This document shows, piece after piece, positions 1 to 9,683 of a stretch of 64,000 nucleotides of DNA. The stretch's first letter is position 1; the number at the start of each line of letters is the position of its first letter. The notes under the pieces are model-generated. The model was not told where the DNA came from, did not search any database, and was given only the letters and a program-made list of their open reading frames with translations. The stretch covers positions 1 to 64,000 of the forward strand of contig JAZDFI010000029.1 of assembly GCA_043808015.1 (NCBI GenBank), given 5' to 3'. The translations under genes and the position numbers were made by a program. The stretch is from Candidatus Aenigmatarchaeota archaeon. GTDB lineage: Archaea; Aenigmatarchaeota; Aenigmatarchaeia; QMZP01; QMZT01.

Positions 1-369
1 GCGCAGAACCTCGAGGCGCTTAAGCAGCAGATACAGATTGTCGAGCAGCAGCTGATTGAGCTCAGGTCTACAATGCTTTCCATGGAGGATCTCGAAAAGC
101 TGAAAGACGAAAACGAAATTCTCGTCCCCATAGGCGGCGGATGCTTCAGTCGCGGTAAAATATCGGACAACAAGAAAGTCATAGTGAACGTCGGGGCGGG
201 CATATTCCTGGACAATGACATGGCTACCGCGAAGAAGCTGATGGACGAGCGCTTCAAGGAAGTGGAGAAAGCCGGCATGGAAATAGAAGAGCAGATGAAA
301 AACATAGTCGGCCAGATGAACACGCTCGCCGGCGAAATACAGGACCTGGCCCAAAAAGCGCAGCGCTGA
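1..369 (+). CDS. pfdA: Prefoldin alpha subunit (5'-truncated by window edge)
   Basis: Frame open from base 1 (AQNLEALKQQIQ...). ILVPIGGG...KVIVNVGAG beta-hairpins flanked by coiled coils. Confidence 0.9.
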   Translation, partial: AQNLEALKQQIQIVEQQLIELRSTMLSMEDLEKLKDENEILVPIGGGCFSRGKISDNKKVIVNVGAGIFLDNDMATAKKLMDERFKEVEKAGMEIEEQMKNIVGQMNTLAGEIQDLAQKAQR

Positions 370-407
370 TTCTTAATTTATTTACATGGGCACGGCAATA
401 ATATTAT

Positions 408-638
408 ATGATACTTGTACTGCTCTCGGTACCCATAGTGCTCTTCAGCGTACTGGCAGTCCGGACCAAAGACCTGCTGCACGCAGTCATATTCTTAGCA
501 GTCGCTTCGATGTGCCTGGCAACCACGTTTCTTGCTTTGCAAGCGCCTGACATAGCCATAACCGAAGCAGCGGTTAATGCAGGCCTTTCAACGCTTATTT
601 ACGTCATAGCCATACGCAAAACCGGGAGGCATGAATGA
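408..638 (+). CDS. mbhD: Mbh/Mrp-type subunit D (DUF4040)
   Basis: LQAPDIAITEAAVNAG motif; hydrophobic 76 aa; first gene of the operon. Confidence 0.8.
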   Translation: MILVLLSVPIVLFSVLAVRTKDLLHAVIFLAVASMCLATTFLALQAPDIAITEAAVNAGLSTLIYVIAIRKTGRHE

Positions 639-919
639 GAACGTCCGAGAAGCTGCTGCTGGCCGCATGCCTGATAGCCATTTTTGTAGTAATAACAGGC
701 GTTTTCGCGTCGCCTCTCTTCATGAAATGGGAGAACAAGAAAGTTGCCAGATATTACAACGAGAACGGGCTTGAAGCGACTGGCTCGTCCAACATCGTAT
801 CGGCGATAGTCTGGGATTTCAGGGGTTTCGATACCATGGGCGAGGAGACCGTCCTGTTCACGGCCGCGGCCGGTGTCCTGGCCATAACAGGTCTCAACTT
901 CGTCAGGAGGAAGAAATAA
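635..919 (+). CDS. mbhE: Mbh subunit E (MrpB N-terminal-like)
   Basis: NIVSAIVWDFRGFDTMGEETVLF signature. Confidence 0.85.
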   Translation: MRTSEKLLLAACLIAIFVVITGVFASPLFMKWENKKVARYYNENGLEATGSSNIVSAIVWDFRGFDTMGEETVLFTAAAGVLAITGLNFVRRKK

Positions 920-1311
920 TGGACGTTATAATACGGACCGTGATAAGGGGCATCGCTCCATTCGTAATCCTGCTGGGCGTGGCCATAATGTTTCACGGGC
1001 ACCTGACACCAGGCGGCTCTTTCCCTGGGGGAGCGATGGTCGCATCGGGATTCGCCCTCATAGCCGTCGCTTTTGGCGCTGACGAGGCCGAGGGTAAGAT
1101 GAGCGAAAGAGCGATACACATACTTGAGGGGATGGCCGTCTTGGTCGTGGCGTATGTCATACTATTCGAAACGTTCGTACGCAGTTACTCCGGGCTCTTC
1201 GGACTGTTCGGCCTGTGGAGTTCCGTCGAAGTGGTCGCGCTCAACGTGGCCGGCGGCGTCATGGTTCTGGGAGCGCTGACTCTCATCGTCATATTGCTGT
1301 TAAGGGAGTGA
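919..1311 (+). CDS. mbhF: Mbh subunit F (MnhB domain)
   Basis: HGHLTPGGSFPGG MnhB signature. Confidence 0.85.
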   Translation: MDVIIRTVIRGIAPFVILLGVAIMFHGHLTPGGSFPGGAMVASGFALIAVAFGADEAEGKMSERAIHILEGMAVLVVAYVILFETFVRSYSGLFGLFGLWSSVEVVALNVAGGVMVLGALTLIVILLLRE

Positions 1312-1315
1312 GTCG

Positions 1316-1666
1316 ATGATAATAACACTGATAACCGCGGCATTGCTTGCAGTGATAGGAGCGTACTGCGTGGTTGTCAAAAAGAACCTGCTCAAGAAGC
1401 TGATAGGCCTGGGTGTCTTCACCAATTTCATACATCTCCTGTTCATTTCCATGGGTTACATGGAGGGTGGCATAGCGCCCATCATCACTCCTGAAAACCT
1501 GATGTCATTCCCCGTGCGCGCGGTAGACCCGATTCCGCAGGCATTAGTCCTCACGTCAATAGTCGTCCAGCTCAGCGTCACAGCGCTCGCGCTGAGCGTC
1601 ACGATACTCGCATACCGGCATTTCAAAACTCTCGATACGGATAAGATGAATGAACTCAGTGGTTGA
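1316..1666 (+). CDS. mbhG: Mbh subunit G (MrpC/MnhC)
   Basis: KKNLLKKLIGL...DPIPQALVLTSIV motif. Confidence 0.88.
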   Translation: MIITLITAALLAVIGAYCVVVKKNLLKKLIGLGVFTNFIHLLFISMGYMEGGIAPIITPENLMSFPVRAVDPIPQALVLTSIVVQLSVTALALSVTILAYRHFKTLDTDKMNELSG

Positions 1667-3088
1667 ATGATTGAATACGCTATAGTAGTTTTGCTCGTAG
1701 GCGCTTTTCTTACGCCTGTCTTCAGGCGAAGCTTCGTCCCGCTGGCTGCGATATTGTTCTCGTTTCTCGTCATGGCCTCGGTTTTTATGCAGGGCCAGAC
1801 GGTGATAATGGAGTTCAGCGGATGGACGCCGCCCTTTGGCATTGTATGGGTCGTCGATAGTTTCAACGCTCTAATGGGCCTTCTGGTGACTGGCATGGCC
1901 ATGCTGGTTGCCGTCTACTCCACCAAATACGTACGGGAGCGAAGGAGCCGTTTCTTCACGTTATTGTGCCTCATGACAGCCGGGCTTCTCGGCGTGACGC
2001 TTACCGGCGACGTGTTCAACATGTATGTTTTCTTCGAGATCCTTTCAATCGCGTGTTACGGTCTGGTCGCCTTCAACACGGACAAGGAAGCGATAGAAGG
2101 CGCGCTTAAATATATAGTCCTAGGTCCGCTGGCTTCCTCTTTCATTCTTCTGGGAATAGCCATGCTCTACGGTCTTACGGGGACGCTGAACATGGCGGAC
2201 ATAGCCATGAAGGTCGGACCGGACATCGCATTCAACGTAGCGTTCGGATTTCTCATAGGAGGATTCGCTCTTAAGTCCGCGATAGTGCCTTTCCACTTCT
2301 GGCTGCCTGATGTCCATCCTGTCGCACCGAGCCCCATATCCGCGATGCTTTCAGGCGTCGTAGTGGGAACCGGCGTGTACACTGTCATGAGGATAATATT
2401 CACGGTATTCGGCTTTTCGGGCGTCATGTGGATGTTCGTGGCTTTCGGCGTTTTGACCATGATTATCGGAGGCATAATAGCCATAGCCCAGACGAACGTG
2501 AAGCGTATGATAGCTTATTCGACTGTCAGCCAGAGTGGTTACATTTTCCTGGCGTTTGGCCTTGGCACGCAGCTTGGCGTTTCGGCTGCGATATTCCACC
2601 TTGTCAACAACATCGTCATTAAATCGCTGCTTTTCCTGGCAGCGGGCATAATCATATGGCACACGGGAAAGAAAGACATGAACGACCTCGGCGGCCTTGG
2701 GAAGCAGCTCCCGCTGGTCATGATATGCTTCGGCATCGGAGCGCTGAGCATCATCGGTCTTCCGCCATTCAACGGTTTCGTGTCCAAATGGATGATTTAC
2801 TCGGCCACGTGGGAAATAAGCCCCGCCCTTACCGCGATTGCGATCATAGTTTCCGCCATGACACTGATTTACTACGTGAAAGCGTTCGCTAGCGTGTTCC
2901 TGGGCCGCAGCAAATGCGAGATACGAGAAAAAACGCCGCTGGCGATGCTGCTGCCCGTCATCATACTGGCTGCTATATGCGTGTTTTTAGGCGTTTTCCC
3001 GCAGCTGGCGATTGGCGCAGTCGAGAGCGCGGCCGCCGCTTTATTGAATCAGGGCCAATATATAACTGCCGTGCTGGGGGGTGTATGA
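1667..3088 (+). CDS. mbhH: Mbh subunit H (MrpD-like proton-translocating antiporter subunit)
   Basis: TGDVFNMYVFFEI, LKSAIVPFHFWLPDVH and GLPPFNGFVSKW motifs; many TM helices. Confidence 0.9.
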   Translation: MIEYAIVVLLVGAFLTPVFRRSFVPLAAILFSFLVMASVFMQGQTVIMEFSGWTPPFGIVWVVDSFNALMGLLVTGMAMLVAVYSTKYVRERRSRFFTLLCLMTAGLLGVTLTGDVFNMYVFFEILSIACYGLVAFNTDKEAIEGALKYIVLGPLASSFILLGIAMLYGLTGTLNMADIAMKVGPDIAFNVAFGFLIGGFALKSAIVPFHFWLPDVHPVAPSPISAMLSGVVVGTGVYTVMRIIFTVFGFSGVMWMFVAFGVLTMIIGGIIAIAQTNVKRMIAYSTVSQSGYIFLAFGLGTQLGVSAAIFHLVNNIVIKSLLFLAAGIIIWHTGKKDMNDLGGLGKQLPLVMICFGIGALSIIGLPPFNGFVSKWMIYSATWEISPALTAIAIIVSAMTLIYYVKAFASVFLGRSKCEIREKTPLAMLLPVIILAAICVFLGVFPQLAIGAVESAAAALLNQGQYITAVLGGV

Positions 3089-3384
3089 TGTTCGAAAACT
3101 GGTCGCATTTCATTCTGGCTTTTCTCGGCTTCATCTGCATTGGCCTGATAATATACCTGACGGGCAACAGGGGCAAAAAAACCGAGGGCTGGAAGAACGA
3201 GCCTTACACGTGTGGCGAGCCGTTCCCAATGGCGGATGTCGGCGCGGATAATTTTTACGGTTCGATAAAGCAGAGCCTGCGCATAGATGAAATACGCAAG
3301 CTCCATTCCGGCAGGCTGACAGACTACCTTTTATGGATGGTCGTGGGCGTGACTGCCATACTAATCATGGTGATATTTTTATGA
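3085..3384 (+). CDS. mbhI: Mbh subunit I-like membrane protein
   Basis: Likely start ATG 3085 overlapping the mbhH stop. TM-KNEPYTCGE...LHSGRLTDYLLW pattern; operon position. Confidence 0.7.
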   Translation: MMFENWSHFILAFLGFICIGLIIYLTGNRGKKTEGWKNEPYTCGEPFPMADVGADNFYGSIKQSLRIDEIRKLHSGRLTDYLLWMVVGVTAILIMVIFL

Positions 3385-3857
3385 ACGAGGAAATGCTCAA
3401 AATAAGCGAAGCGGGGGGAAAGCATTCCGGTAAATGGAAAAAAGGCGGTTTGCATGGTTTTTTCAGGAGGAAATCGGCCTGGCTGCTGCACATCGGCGCG
3501 AGCGGCTGCAACGGGTGTTCCATCGAAATAGTCGCCGCTCTCTCGCCCAAGTACGATGTCGAACGCTTCGGCATACTCGCAAAGGGATCGCCAAGGCATG
3601 CCGACATACTGGTCGTGGAAGGGCCTGTTAATGTTAAAATGAAAGAACGGTTGCTGGCGATATACCAGCAGATGCCCAATCCCAAGTACGTCATCGCTTA
3701 TGGTGCGTGTCCTATATCGAAAGGCGTGTTTTACGACAGTTACAACGTGGTCGGGCCATTGGACAAAATCCTGCCTGTCGATGTTTACGTGCCGGGCTGC
3801 CCGCCGAGGCCTGAAGCCCTGATAGACGCGATAGTCAAGGTCATGGGAAGGATGTGA
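3381..3857 (+). CDS. mbhJ: Group 4 [NiFe]-hydrogenase small subunit / NuoB-like Fe-S protein
   Basis: GCNGCSIE, SPRHAD, GACP and VPGCPPRP motifs; ATG 3381 overlaps the upstream stop. Confidence 0.9.
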   Translation: MNEEMLKISEAGGKHSGKWKKGGLHGFFRRKSAWLLHIGASGCNGCSIEIVAALSPKYDVERFGILAKGSPRHADILVVEGPVNVKMKERLLAIYQQMPNPKYVIAYGACPISKGVFYDSYNVVGPLDKILPVDVYVPGCPPRPEALIDAIVKVMGRM

Positions 3858-3864
3858 TTTTCAT

Positions 3865-4254
3865 ATGCATGTCGAAAGCTACATAGAAAAGCTCAACCCA
3901 AAAATGGAAAACGGCAACTACTGGCTTGAGACCAGCGCTAGCGAACTCATACCGCTTCTGAAACATCTGAAAGCGATTGGACTGGAGCGCATATCAGCCA
4001 TCACGGGCAATGACAACGGAAAGAGGATTGACGTTATTTATCACTTCATCCACAAAAAGAAAACGATTAACATACGAGTCGCCATAGATAAGAAAAAAAG
4101 CGAGATAGAGAGCATAACCGGCGTATATCACGGAGCGAACCTTTTCGAGCGCGAGCTGCACGAGATGCTGGGCATCGATGTGAAAAACCATCCAAATCTT
4201 AAGAAACTGTTTTTGTGCGACGAGTCGCCTCAGACGCCGCTTAGAAAGGATTGA
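3865..4254 (+). CDS. mbhK: NuoC-like subunit (Mbh subunit K)
   Basis: SITGVYHGANLFERELHEMLGI...HPNLKKLFL...PLRKD. Confidence 0.88.
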   Translation: MHVESYIEKLNPKMENGNYWLETSASELIPLLKHLKAIGLERISAITGNDNGKRIDVIYHFIHKKKTINIRVAIDKKKSEIESITGVYHGANLFERELHEMLGIDVKNHPNLKKLFLCDESPQTPLRKD

Positions 4255-4256
4255 TT

Positions 4257-5060
4257 TCACTTGAAGCCAATCGCATAATAGGCCACGACCGAAGAATAGT
4301 CGCCGGTCACGTCGCCTGAATTGGTCTTGTTTATAATCACGGCTTTTTTCATACCGCTCGCTTTCGCCGCGCTCATCACGACGGCGATAGGCGCGTAGCC
4401 GCAGACGGAGGCGTCTGTCTTTTCTAGCGTGGTAAAGAACCCTGCCACGTCCAGCTTTTCTATCATGGCGAAAGCCTTTGTATCCTTTTTTTCAGCGGCG
4501 CTAACTGGCAGGTAGTGTGAAAAATCAGACGAGGCTATGACGCCAATATTGCCTCTCGCAACCGTTGCAATGTGTTTTCCCAGTAAAACGCATTTTTCCA
4601 GAAACTCTTTGGAGTAATCCGTGCCTGAAATGCTTATGGGAACGAACCTGAAATTTTTGAATTTGTGCTGCAGGAACGGCAGCTGGACCTCTATGGAATG
4701 TTCATGCGCATGCGCCAAGTCGTCCTCTTCAATGACCTGGCATTTTTTAAGCTGTTGCGCTAGCGACGTGTCGATTTCCACCGTTCCTAATGGCGTGTGC
4801 CATGGCTCGGAACTCATTATGGAGAATTCCGGCCCGATGAGGTTGTGATTGGGGCCGAGAACAATGAAGCTCTTTGACGGCTTCAGCGAACTTATGGCGA
4901 GCGCGGCCGTCCTGCCGGAATACTGATAGCCGGCATGAGGGGATACTACTGCTGAAAAAGCGCCTTTGTCCGTGCCGCGAAAAAGAGCCGTCAGAACTTT
5001 TCTTAAATCATCTTCCGTGCCGGGGTAGAACATACCCGCGACTATCGCCTTTCTCACCAT
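4257..5060 (-). CDS. MEMO1 family protein (AmmeMemoRadiSam protein B)
   Basis: VAGMFYP, PHAGYQYSG, EHSIEVQLPFLQ, SSDFSHY and VCG motifs. Confidence 0.92.
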   Translation of the reverse strand: MVRKAIVAGMFYPGTEDDLRKVLTALFRGTDKGAFSAVVSPHAGYQYSGRTAALAISSLKPSKSFIVLGPNHNLIGPEFSIMSSEPWHTPLGTVEIDTSLAQQLKKCQVIEEDDLAHAHEHSIEVQLPFLQHKFKNFRFVPISISGTDYSKEFLEKCVLLGKHIATVARGNIGVIASSDFSHYLPVSAAEKKDTKAFAMIEKLDVAGFFTTLEKTDASVCGYAPIAVVMSAAKASGMKKAVIINKTNSGDVTGDYSSVVAYYAIGFK

Positions 5061-5116
5061 GTTTACTAATTGTTTTCCGGTTTAAAATTTATTAAACAGC
5101 ATAACAAAAGAATAGT

Positions 5117-5779
5117 ATGAGAATTCCGACAGGCATAACAGGCCTTGACGACCTGATGGAAGGCGGCTTCGATGAAAGCAGCATAAATCTCGTGACCGGC
5201 AAGACTGGCACCGGCAAATCTATTTTTTCCTCACAGTTCATCTACATGGGTGCCAAAAAATACAATGAAAAAGGTCTTTACATAACCGCCGGAGACACTG
5301 CAAAAAACATAAGGAAGCAGGCCACCAAGATCGGATGGGATATGGAAGCCCTCGAGAAAAGCGGCTCTTTGAAGATAGTAGAGGTCGAACCTTACGACAT
5401 AGAGAAACTGCTTGAAAACGTGTCCATAAGCAAGGAGATGGCCCAGGCAAAGAGGATAGTCATAGACTCTGTCAGCATGTTCGAGCTTTACGTGCAGGAG
5501 CCTTACAAAATAAGGAAAAACCTTTTCGCTGTGCTGCAAAAGCTGAGGGAAATGGGTAAGACCGTGCTCGTCGTCGCCGAGATACCGGAAGAGAGCAAAA
5601 ACCTTTCAAGAACCGGCGTCATCGAGTTCATGGTCGACAGCATCGTGATCCTGCAGTTCATGGGCATAGCCAAATACAAGAGGTCGCTTGCCATAAGAAA
5701 AATGAGGGTCACCAATCACTCGAGCGACATACACCCATTCGTCATAGGCCAGAACGGCATAAAAATAATGCGGATTTGA
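5117..5779 (+). CDS. KaiC/RAD55-family RecA-superfamily ATPase (single domain)
   Basis: RIPTGITGLD, GKTGTGKS Walker A, RIVIDS, IRKMR. Confidence 0.9.
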   Translation: MRIPTGITGLDDLMEGGFDESSINLVTGKTGTGKSIFSSQFIYMGAKKYNEKGLYITAGDTAKNIRKQATKIGWDMEALEKSGSLKIVEVEPYDIEKLLENVSISKEMAQAKRIVIDSVSMFELYVQEPYKIRKNLFAVLQKLREMGKTVLVVAEIPEESKNLSRTGVIEFMVDSIVILQFMGIAKYKRSLAIRKMRVTNHSSDIHPFVIGQNGIKIMRI

Positions 5780-5789
5780 TTTTTTTCCG

Positions 5790-6605
5790 CTAAATATATG
5801 ATATTTTCAGTTTCTTCTTCACGTGTTTCAGCGGCTCAAGCGTGTAGAAGTCGAAATCGCATGTCAGCTTGCTTCTCACTTTGTAATTTTTATTTATTAT
5901 TCTCATCCTGAATTCGACGGTCTTGCTTACGTTAAGCTCGCTGACGTCTATTCTCCACCTGAGTTCCTTGGAATAGAATGATGTGTAAATCGAATAGTCT
6001 GCGCTGTCGAATTTGTTCTCGAAGCCGAATTCGGAGTAATCTTCCACGGCTTCGACCCTGTCCACGGATATGCTGTCTATCTTGTGGTTCGTCGCTGAGT
6101 CAGTGCAGTTGTACGTCGCTCTTATATTGCGGAGTTTTATCTTGTCTGCAGTTATGTTAATGTAGAAGTCCGGCTTCTTGTCGGTCTCGTTGCTGCCCGT
6201 GTGTATGAACACGTAAGTGTCATTATCCATATAATCCGGGCCTGTGTATGACTGGATGAACTCCGTCATTTTTATGACAGTACAATCGTCGGGGCATTCG
6301 TTGGCGTTGTCTTCCGCACTCTCGCACACGCCGTTGCCGCAGCACGGCGATATGGTTCTGTGTGCGCATTCGAAGTTCGTCTGTAGTGAACACTCATCGC
6401 CCGTGCATTTGTTCGCATCGTCACATGATGCAGGACACGACCGCTCGTTTATGTCGCAGACACCGTTATCGTCGTTGTCAAAACAACATGAGCCCTTAAT
6501 CAGTTTCTCCGGTTCCGTGCACTGCTGCGCGCCCTGCTCTTCTATGGCTATACACCCGGCTACCAGTATAACGGATACCAGTAAAAAGGCAAAAATATAT
6601 TTCAT
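5790..6605 (-). CDS. Secreted/lipoprotein with Cys-rich repeats
   Basis: MKYIFAFLLVSVILVAGC lipobox-like signal; CDDANKCTGDEC and CCGNGVCE...CPDDC motifs. Confidence 0.7.
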   Translation of the reverse strand: MKYIFAFLLVSVILVAGCIAIEEQGAQQCTEPEKLIKGSCCFDNDDNGVCDINERSCPASCDDANKCTGDECSLQTNFECAHRTISPCCGNGVCESAEDNANECPDDCTVIKMTEFIQSYTGPDYMDNDTYVFIHTGSNETDKKPDFYINITADKIKLRNIRATYNCTDSATNHKIDSISVDRVEAVEDYSEFGFENKFDSADYSIYTSFYSKELRWRIDVSELNVSKTVEFRMRIINKNYKVRSKLTCDFDFYTLEPLKHVKKKLKISYI

Positions 6606-6638
6606 AATTAAATTATGAGGTTTCCCCATTAAAAGACT

Positions 6639-8333
6639 TCACATCCTCTCGAGGGAGCTTATGCCGAGAAGATTCATGCCTGACTTAAGGACTAACGCCA
6701 CCGCTTCGACCAATGCCAGTCTCGCGTGCTTCATGTTTTCTTCAGCCTTGAGGACCGGCATGAACTGGTAGAACTCGTTGAACCTGGTGCAGATGTCGTA
6801 GCAGAAATTCGCTATGTAATGCGGCCTCATATCCCCGGCTGACCTGGCGATTGTTTCAGGGAATTCCGAAAGCAGCCTGAAAAGGTGCCTTTCATGCGGC
6901 TCTTTCAGGAGCGACATATCGAAAGCGCTTGGCCTTTTTCCTGCGTTTTTAAGTATGGAGCGGGCGCGCGCATATGTGTAAAGCAGATACGGTGCTGCAT
7001 TGCCCTCGAAGTCCAGAGCGCTCTTCCAGTCGAAGATTATGGTCTTGCTTGGAGATGTCTTGATCATGTCGTATTTGAGCGACGCCAGCGCTATCGTCCT
7101 CGAGGCCTCGCTGAGCTCGCTGTTTTTCATCTCTTTGTTTCTCTTCTCGGTTTCCTCGTGTGCGTGCTTCTCCAGCTCACCCAGGACATCTTCATAAAGT
7201 ATGACTATCCCTTCGCGCGACGCCATCTTGCCCGTGGGAAGGTTTACCAGTTCATAACATAAATGGTGGCTCTTGCCGGCGAGCGGCGAGGCCATCAGCT
7301 CGAACGTCTTGAACAGCTGCTGAAAATACATCTTCTGCTCCGAGCCGACCACGTGTATGGACTTGTCTATTTTGTATTCTTTTATCTTGAGTTCGGAAAG
7401 CCCGAGGTCCTTGGCCGAATAAAGCGGAGTGCCGTCTGATTTCAGCAAAAGGTACATCCCGAGGCCGTATTTCTCCAGATCTATCAAAACCGCGCCCTCG
7501 CTCTCCTTGGCCACGCCTTTTTTCAGCAGCTTTTTGGATATTTCCGTACCAGGCTTCTCGGTCTCGCTCTCGAAATAGAAGCGGTCGAACTTTATGCCGA
7601 AACTTTTGTAAATAGTGTCAAAATAATCAAGGCTCCACTGCCTTGTTTCTTTCCATATTTTTGTCATCTCATGGTCGCCGGCGTAAATTTTTCTGTTTAT
7701 TTCGTTCACTTCTTCCTCCAAGCCAGCGTCTTCTTTTATTTTTTTGCTGGCCTCGGCGTATATGGTGCCGAGCCGTTTTCCTCTCTCGCTTTCGGGTCCT
7801 TTGCCGCCATGAATTTTCGTGAGGCCCCATAAACATCTCGCGACATGCGGCCCTATGTCTCCCTGATAGTTGACGCGTATGACATTGTATCCGCAGAATG
7901 TCAGTAATCTGGAAAGCGATTCGCCCAGGCACGCCGTCCTTATGTGGCCGATGTGGACGGCCTTGTGCGTGTTGAAGTGACAGTATTCCACCATCACGTT
8001 CCCTTTCATGGGCCCGCGCCCGTAACTCTCGCCGGCGTCCAGCACGGTCTCGACTGTCGATTGACCTATCTTGTCCCAGTCCGCGAAGAAGTTGACATAA
8101 CCGCCTTTCTGCTCGGCCCGCGTTATGAGGCCGTGCGGCTTCATCTTATCCGACATTTCCATCGCTATCGCATCGGGAGCTTTCCTGAATTTTTTCGAAA
8201 GTATGAAACACGGGAAAGCCAGGTCGCCCATGTTCTCGGGTGGCTTTTCCAGCGTTATCTCCTCGCTTTTCAGGCCTGTCTCCTTCGCCAGCGAAGCCAC
8301 GACCTCTTTCCTGAATTCGTCAAAACTGCTCAT
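6639..8333 (-). CDS. argS: Arginine--tRNA ligase
   Basis: HIGH motif, KMASR (KMSKS-like), YLLYTYARARSI, C-terminal ERM. Confidence 0.97.
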   Translation of the reverse strand: MSSFDEFRKEVVASLAKETGLKSEEITLEKPPENMGDLAFPCFILSKKFRKAPDAIAMEMSDKMKPHGLITRAEQKGGYVNFFADWDKIGQSTVETVLDAGESYGRGPMKGNVMVEYCHFNTHKAVHIGHIRTACLGESLSRLLTFCGYNVIRVNYQGDIGPHVARCLWGLTKIHGGKGPESERGKRLGTIYAEASKKIKEDAGLEEEVNEINRKIYAGDHEMTKIWKETRQWSLDYFDTIYKSFGIKFDRFYFESETEKPGTEISKKLLKKGVAKESEGAVLIDLEKYGLGMYLLLKSDGTPLYSAKDLGLSELKIKEYKIDKSIHVVGSEQKMYFQQLFKTFELMASPLAGKSHHLCYELVNLPTGKMASREGIVILYEDVLGELEKHAHEETEKRNKEMKNSELSEASRTIALASLKYDMIKTSPSKTIIFDWKSALDFEGNAAPYLLYTYARARSILKNAGKRPSAFDMSLLKEPHERHLFRLLSEFPETIARSAGDMRPHYIANFCYDICTRFNEFYQFMPVLKAEENMKHARLALVEAVALVLKSGMNLLGISSLERM

Positions 8334-8401
8334 AATATTCTATTCCTAATTCTAACTTAATTAAATAAAAATAAAGAAAATGACGCCAAGCTGAGAAATT
8401 T

Positions 8402-8647
8402 CTATTTTTCACAGAGTTCGTCCTGATAGCTTTTGATACATTCCTGTACAACTTTGTCCAGTTCGCCGCCTGTGTATATTTTGGATATAGAGTTGTAGAA
8501 GAAGTCTATCATAGACTCAGGAACCACTCCACTAGATGCTTGGACCTGAAAGATCCCTTTCTTGAAATCCGTATTTTGATTCATGTCGCTATCTGTCGCT
8601 TTAAACGCTTTTAAAGCTTCCGCGTTATTTAAGACATAACGGGACAT
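8402..8647 (-). CDS. Small hypothetical protein (uncertain)
   Basis: 81-aa ORF filling an otherwise empty intergenic gap; no recognised motif. Confidence 0.35.
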   Translation of the reverse strand: MSRYVLNNAEALKAFKATDSDMNQNTDFKKGIFQVQASSGVVPESMIDFFYNSISKIYTGGELDKVVQECIKSYQDELCEK

Positions 8648-8690
8648 TTTTGTTTCAAATGGGACATTTAATCATAGCGGCACGGAAAAT

Positions 8691-9290
8691 ATGAAAAAAG
8701 CCATAAGCGTTTCGGAAAACGTGAGATTGTTTGTGAAGGGTAAACCATACCTGCAGGAAGCCCTGGAGCGCGGGGTGATAAATTATTCTGCGCTGGCGAG
8801 GGTAATAGAAGGGGAAATGGGCGGTAAAAATTTCGACGCCATAAAGGCGGCTCTCATGAGACTTGGCAGGAGATTCGCGAAAGAACGCAGGAATGCCGAG
8901 CAGAGGATGCTGAAAGTCGTCAGATCGAGCAGGCTCGAGATGCGCGACAGGATAGCCGTAATCATCTCGGGCGGCAGGCTGGACGTGCCTGCCATAGCCT
9001 CAGCGAAAAGCACAAGCGGTTATACCTATATAATAGATGAGCGCGATGCGGATAACGTCAAAAACAGAAATCTGCTTAAAGTTCAGACTGGCCTGAGCAT
9101 GATAACCATCATAAGCCAAGCGTCGCTGGAAGACACGCCCGGTGTGATAGCATATTTTCTTTCGTCGCTCACCACCGAGAACATAAACGTCGTCGAGTTC
9201 GTTTCCTGCTACAGGGACACACTGCTGGTTTTCAAGGACGCGGACGTGACGAAGGCGATAGAAATATTGTCCGGGCGCCTGAAGGTGTGA
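8691..9290 (+). CDS. ACT-domain protein with N-terminal HTH-like region
   Basis: INYSALAR N-terminus; TPGVIAYFLSSL...INVVEFVSCYRD ACT domain. Confidence 0.75.
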   Translation: MKKAISVSENVRLFVKGKPYLQEALERGVINYSALARVIEGEMGGKNFDAIKAALMRLGRRFAKERRNAEQRMLKVVRSSRLEMRDRIAVIISGGRLDVPAIASAKSTSGYTYIIDERDADNVKNRNLLKVQTGLSMITIISQASLEDTPGVIAYFLSSLTTENINVVEFVSCYRDTLLVFKDADVTKAIEILSGRLKV

Positions 9291-9292
9291 TT

Positions 9293-9682
9293 ATGATAAA
9301 CTACGAACGCGCTCCGGACATAGACAAACGCGCACGCGAGATAATCGCGAAGCTCGGCATGGAGCACGTCGACCTGTCGCGCGTGTGGTTCATGCGCTCG
9401 CGCGGCTCGGAGAGCCGATATACGCTAGCGAGAATCCATGTCCTCTCCCGCATAATGCAGAAGGCGCTCGGCATTCCCACGCAATACGTAATAGAAGTGA
9501 TAACGGAAAAGTTCGACCGGCTTTCATACGACGACCAGACCAAGACAATCATCCACGAGCTGATGCACATACCTGAGGCGTTCGGCGGCGGCTTCCGCCA
9601 TCACAAGCCTTTCGTTAACAAGAGGACGGTCGATGAAATGTACAAAAAATATACGGGCAGAAAAAGGCTGTTTGATTTCTGA
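9293..9682 (+). CDS. Putative zinc metallopeptidase
   Basis: IIHELMHIP HExxH motif; RSRGS...ARIH and GGFRHH pattern of this archaeal family. Confidence 0.8.
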   Translation: MINYERAPDIDKRAREIIAKLGMEHVDLSRVWFMRSRGSESRYTLARIHVLSRIMQKALGIPTQYVIEVITEKFDRLSYDDQTKTIIHELMHIPEAFGGGFRHHKPFVNKRTVDEMYKKYTGRKRLFDF

Positions 9683-9683
9683 G

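Noticed and set aside
5117-5779. Circadian KaiC or archaellum FlaH
   Set aside because: Single-domain RAD55/KaiC-like ATPase with no kaiB or fla genes adjacent.
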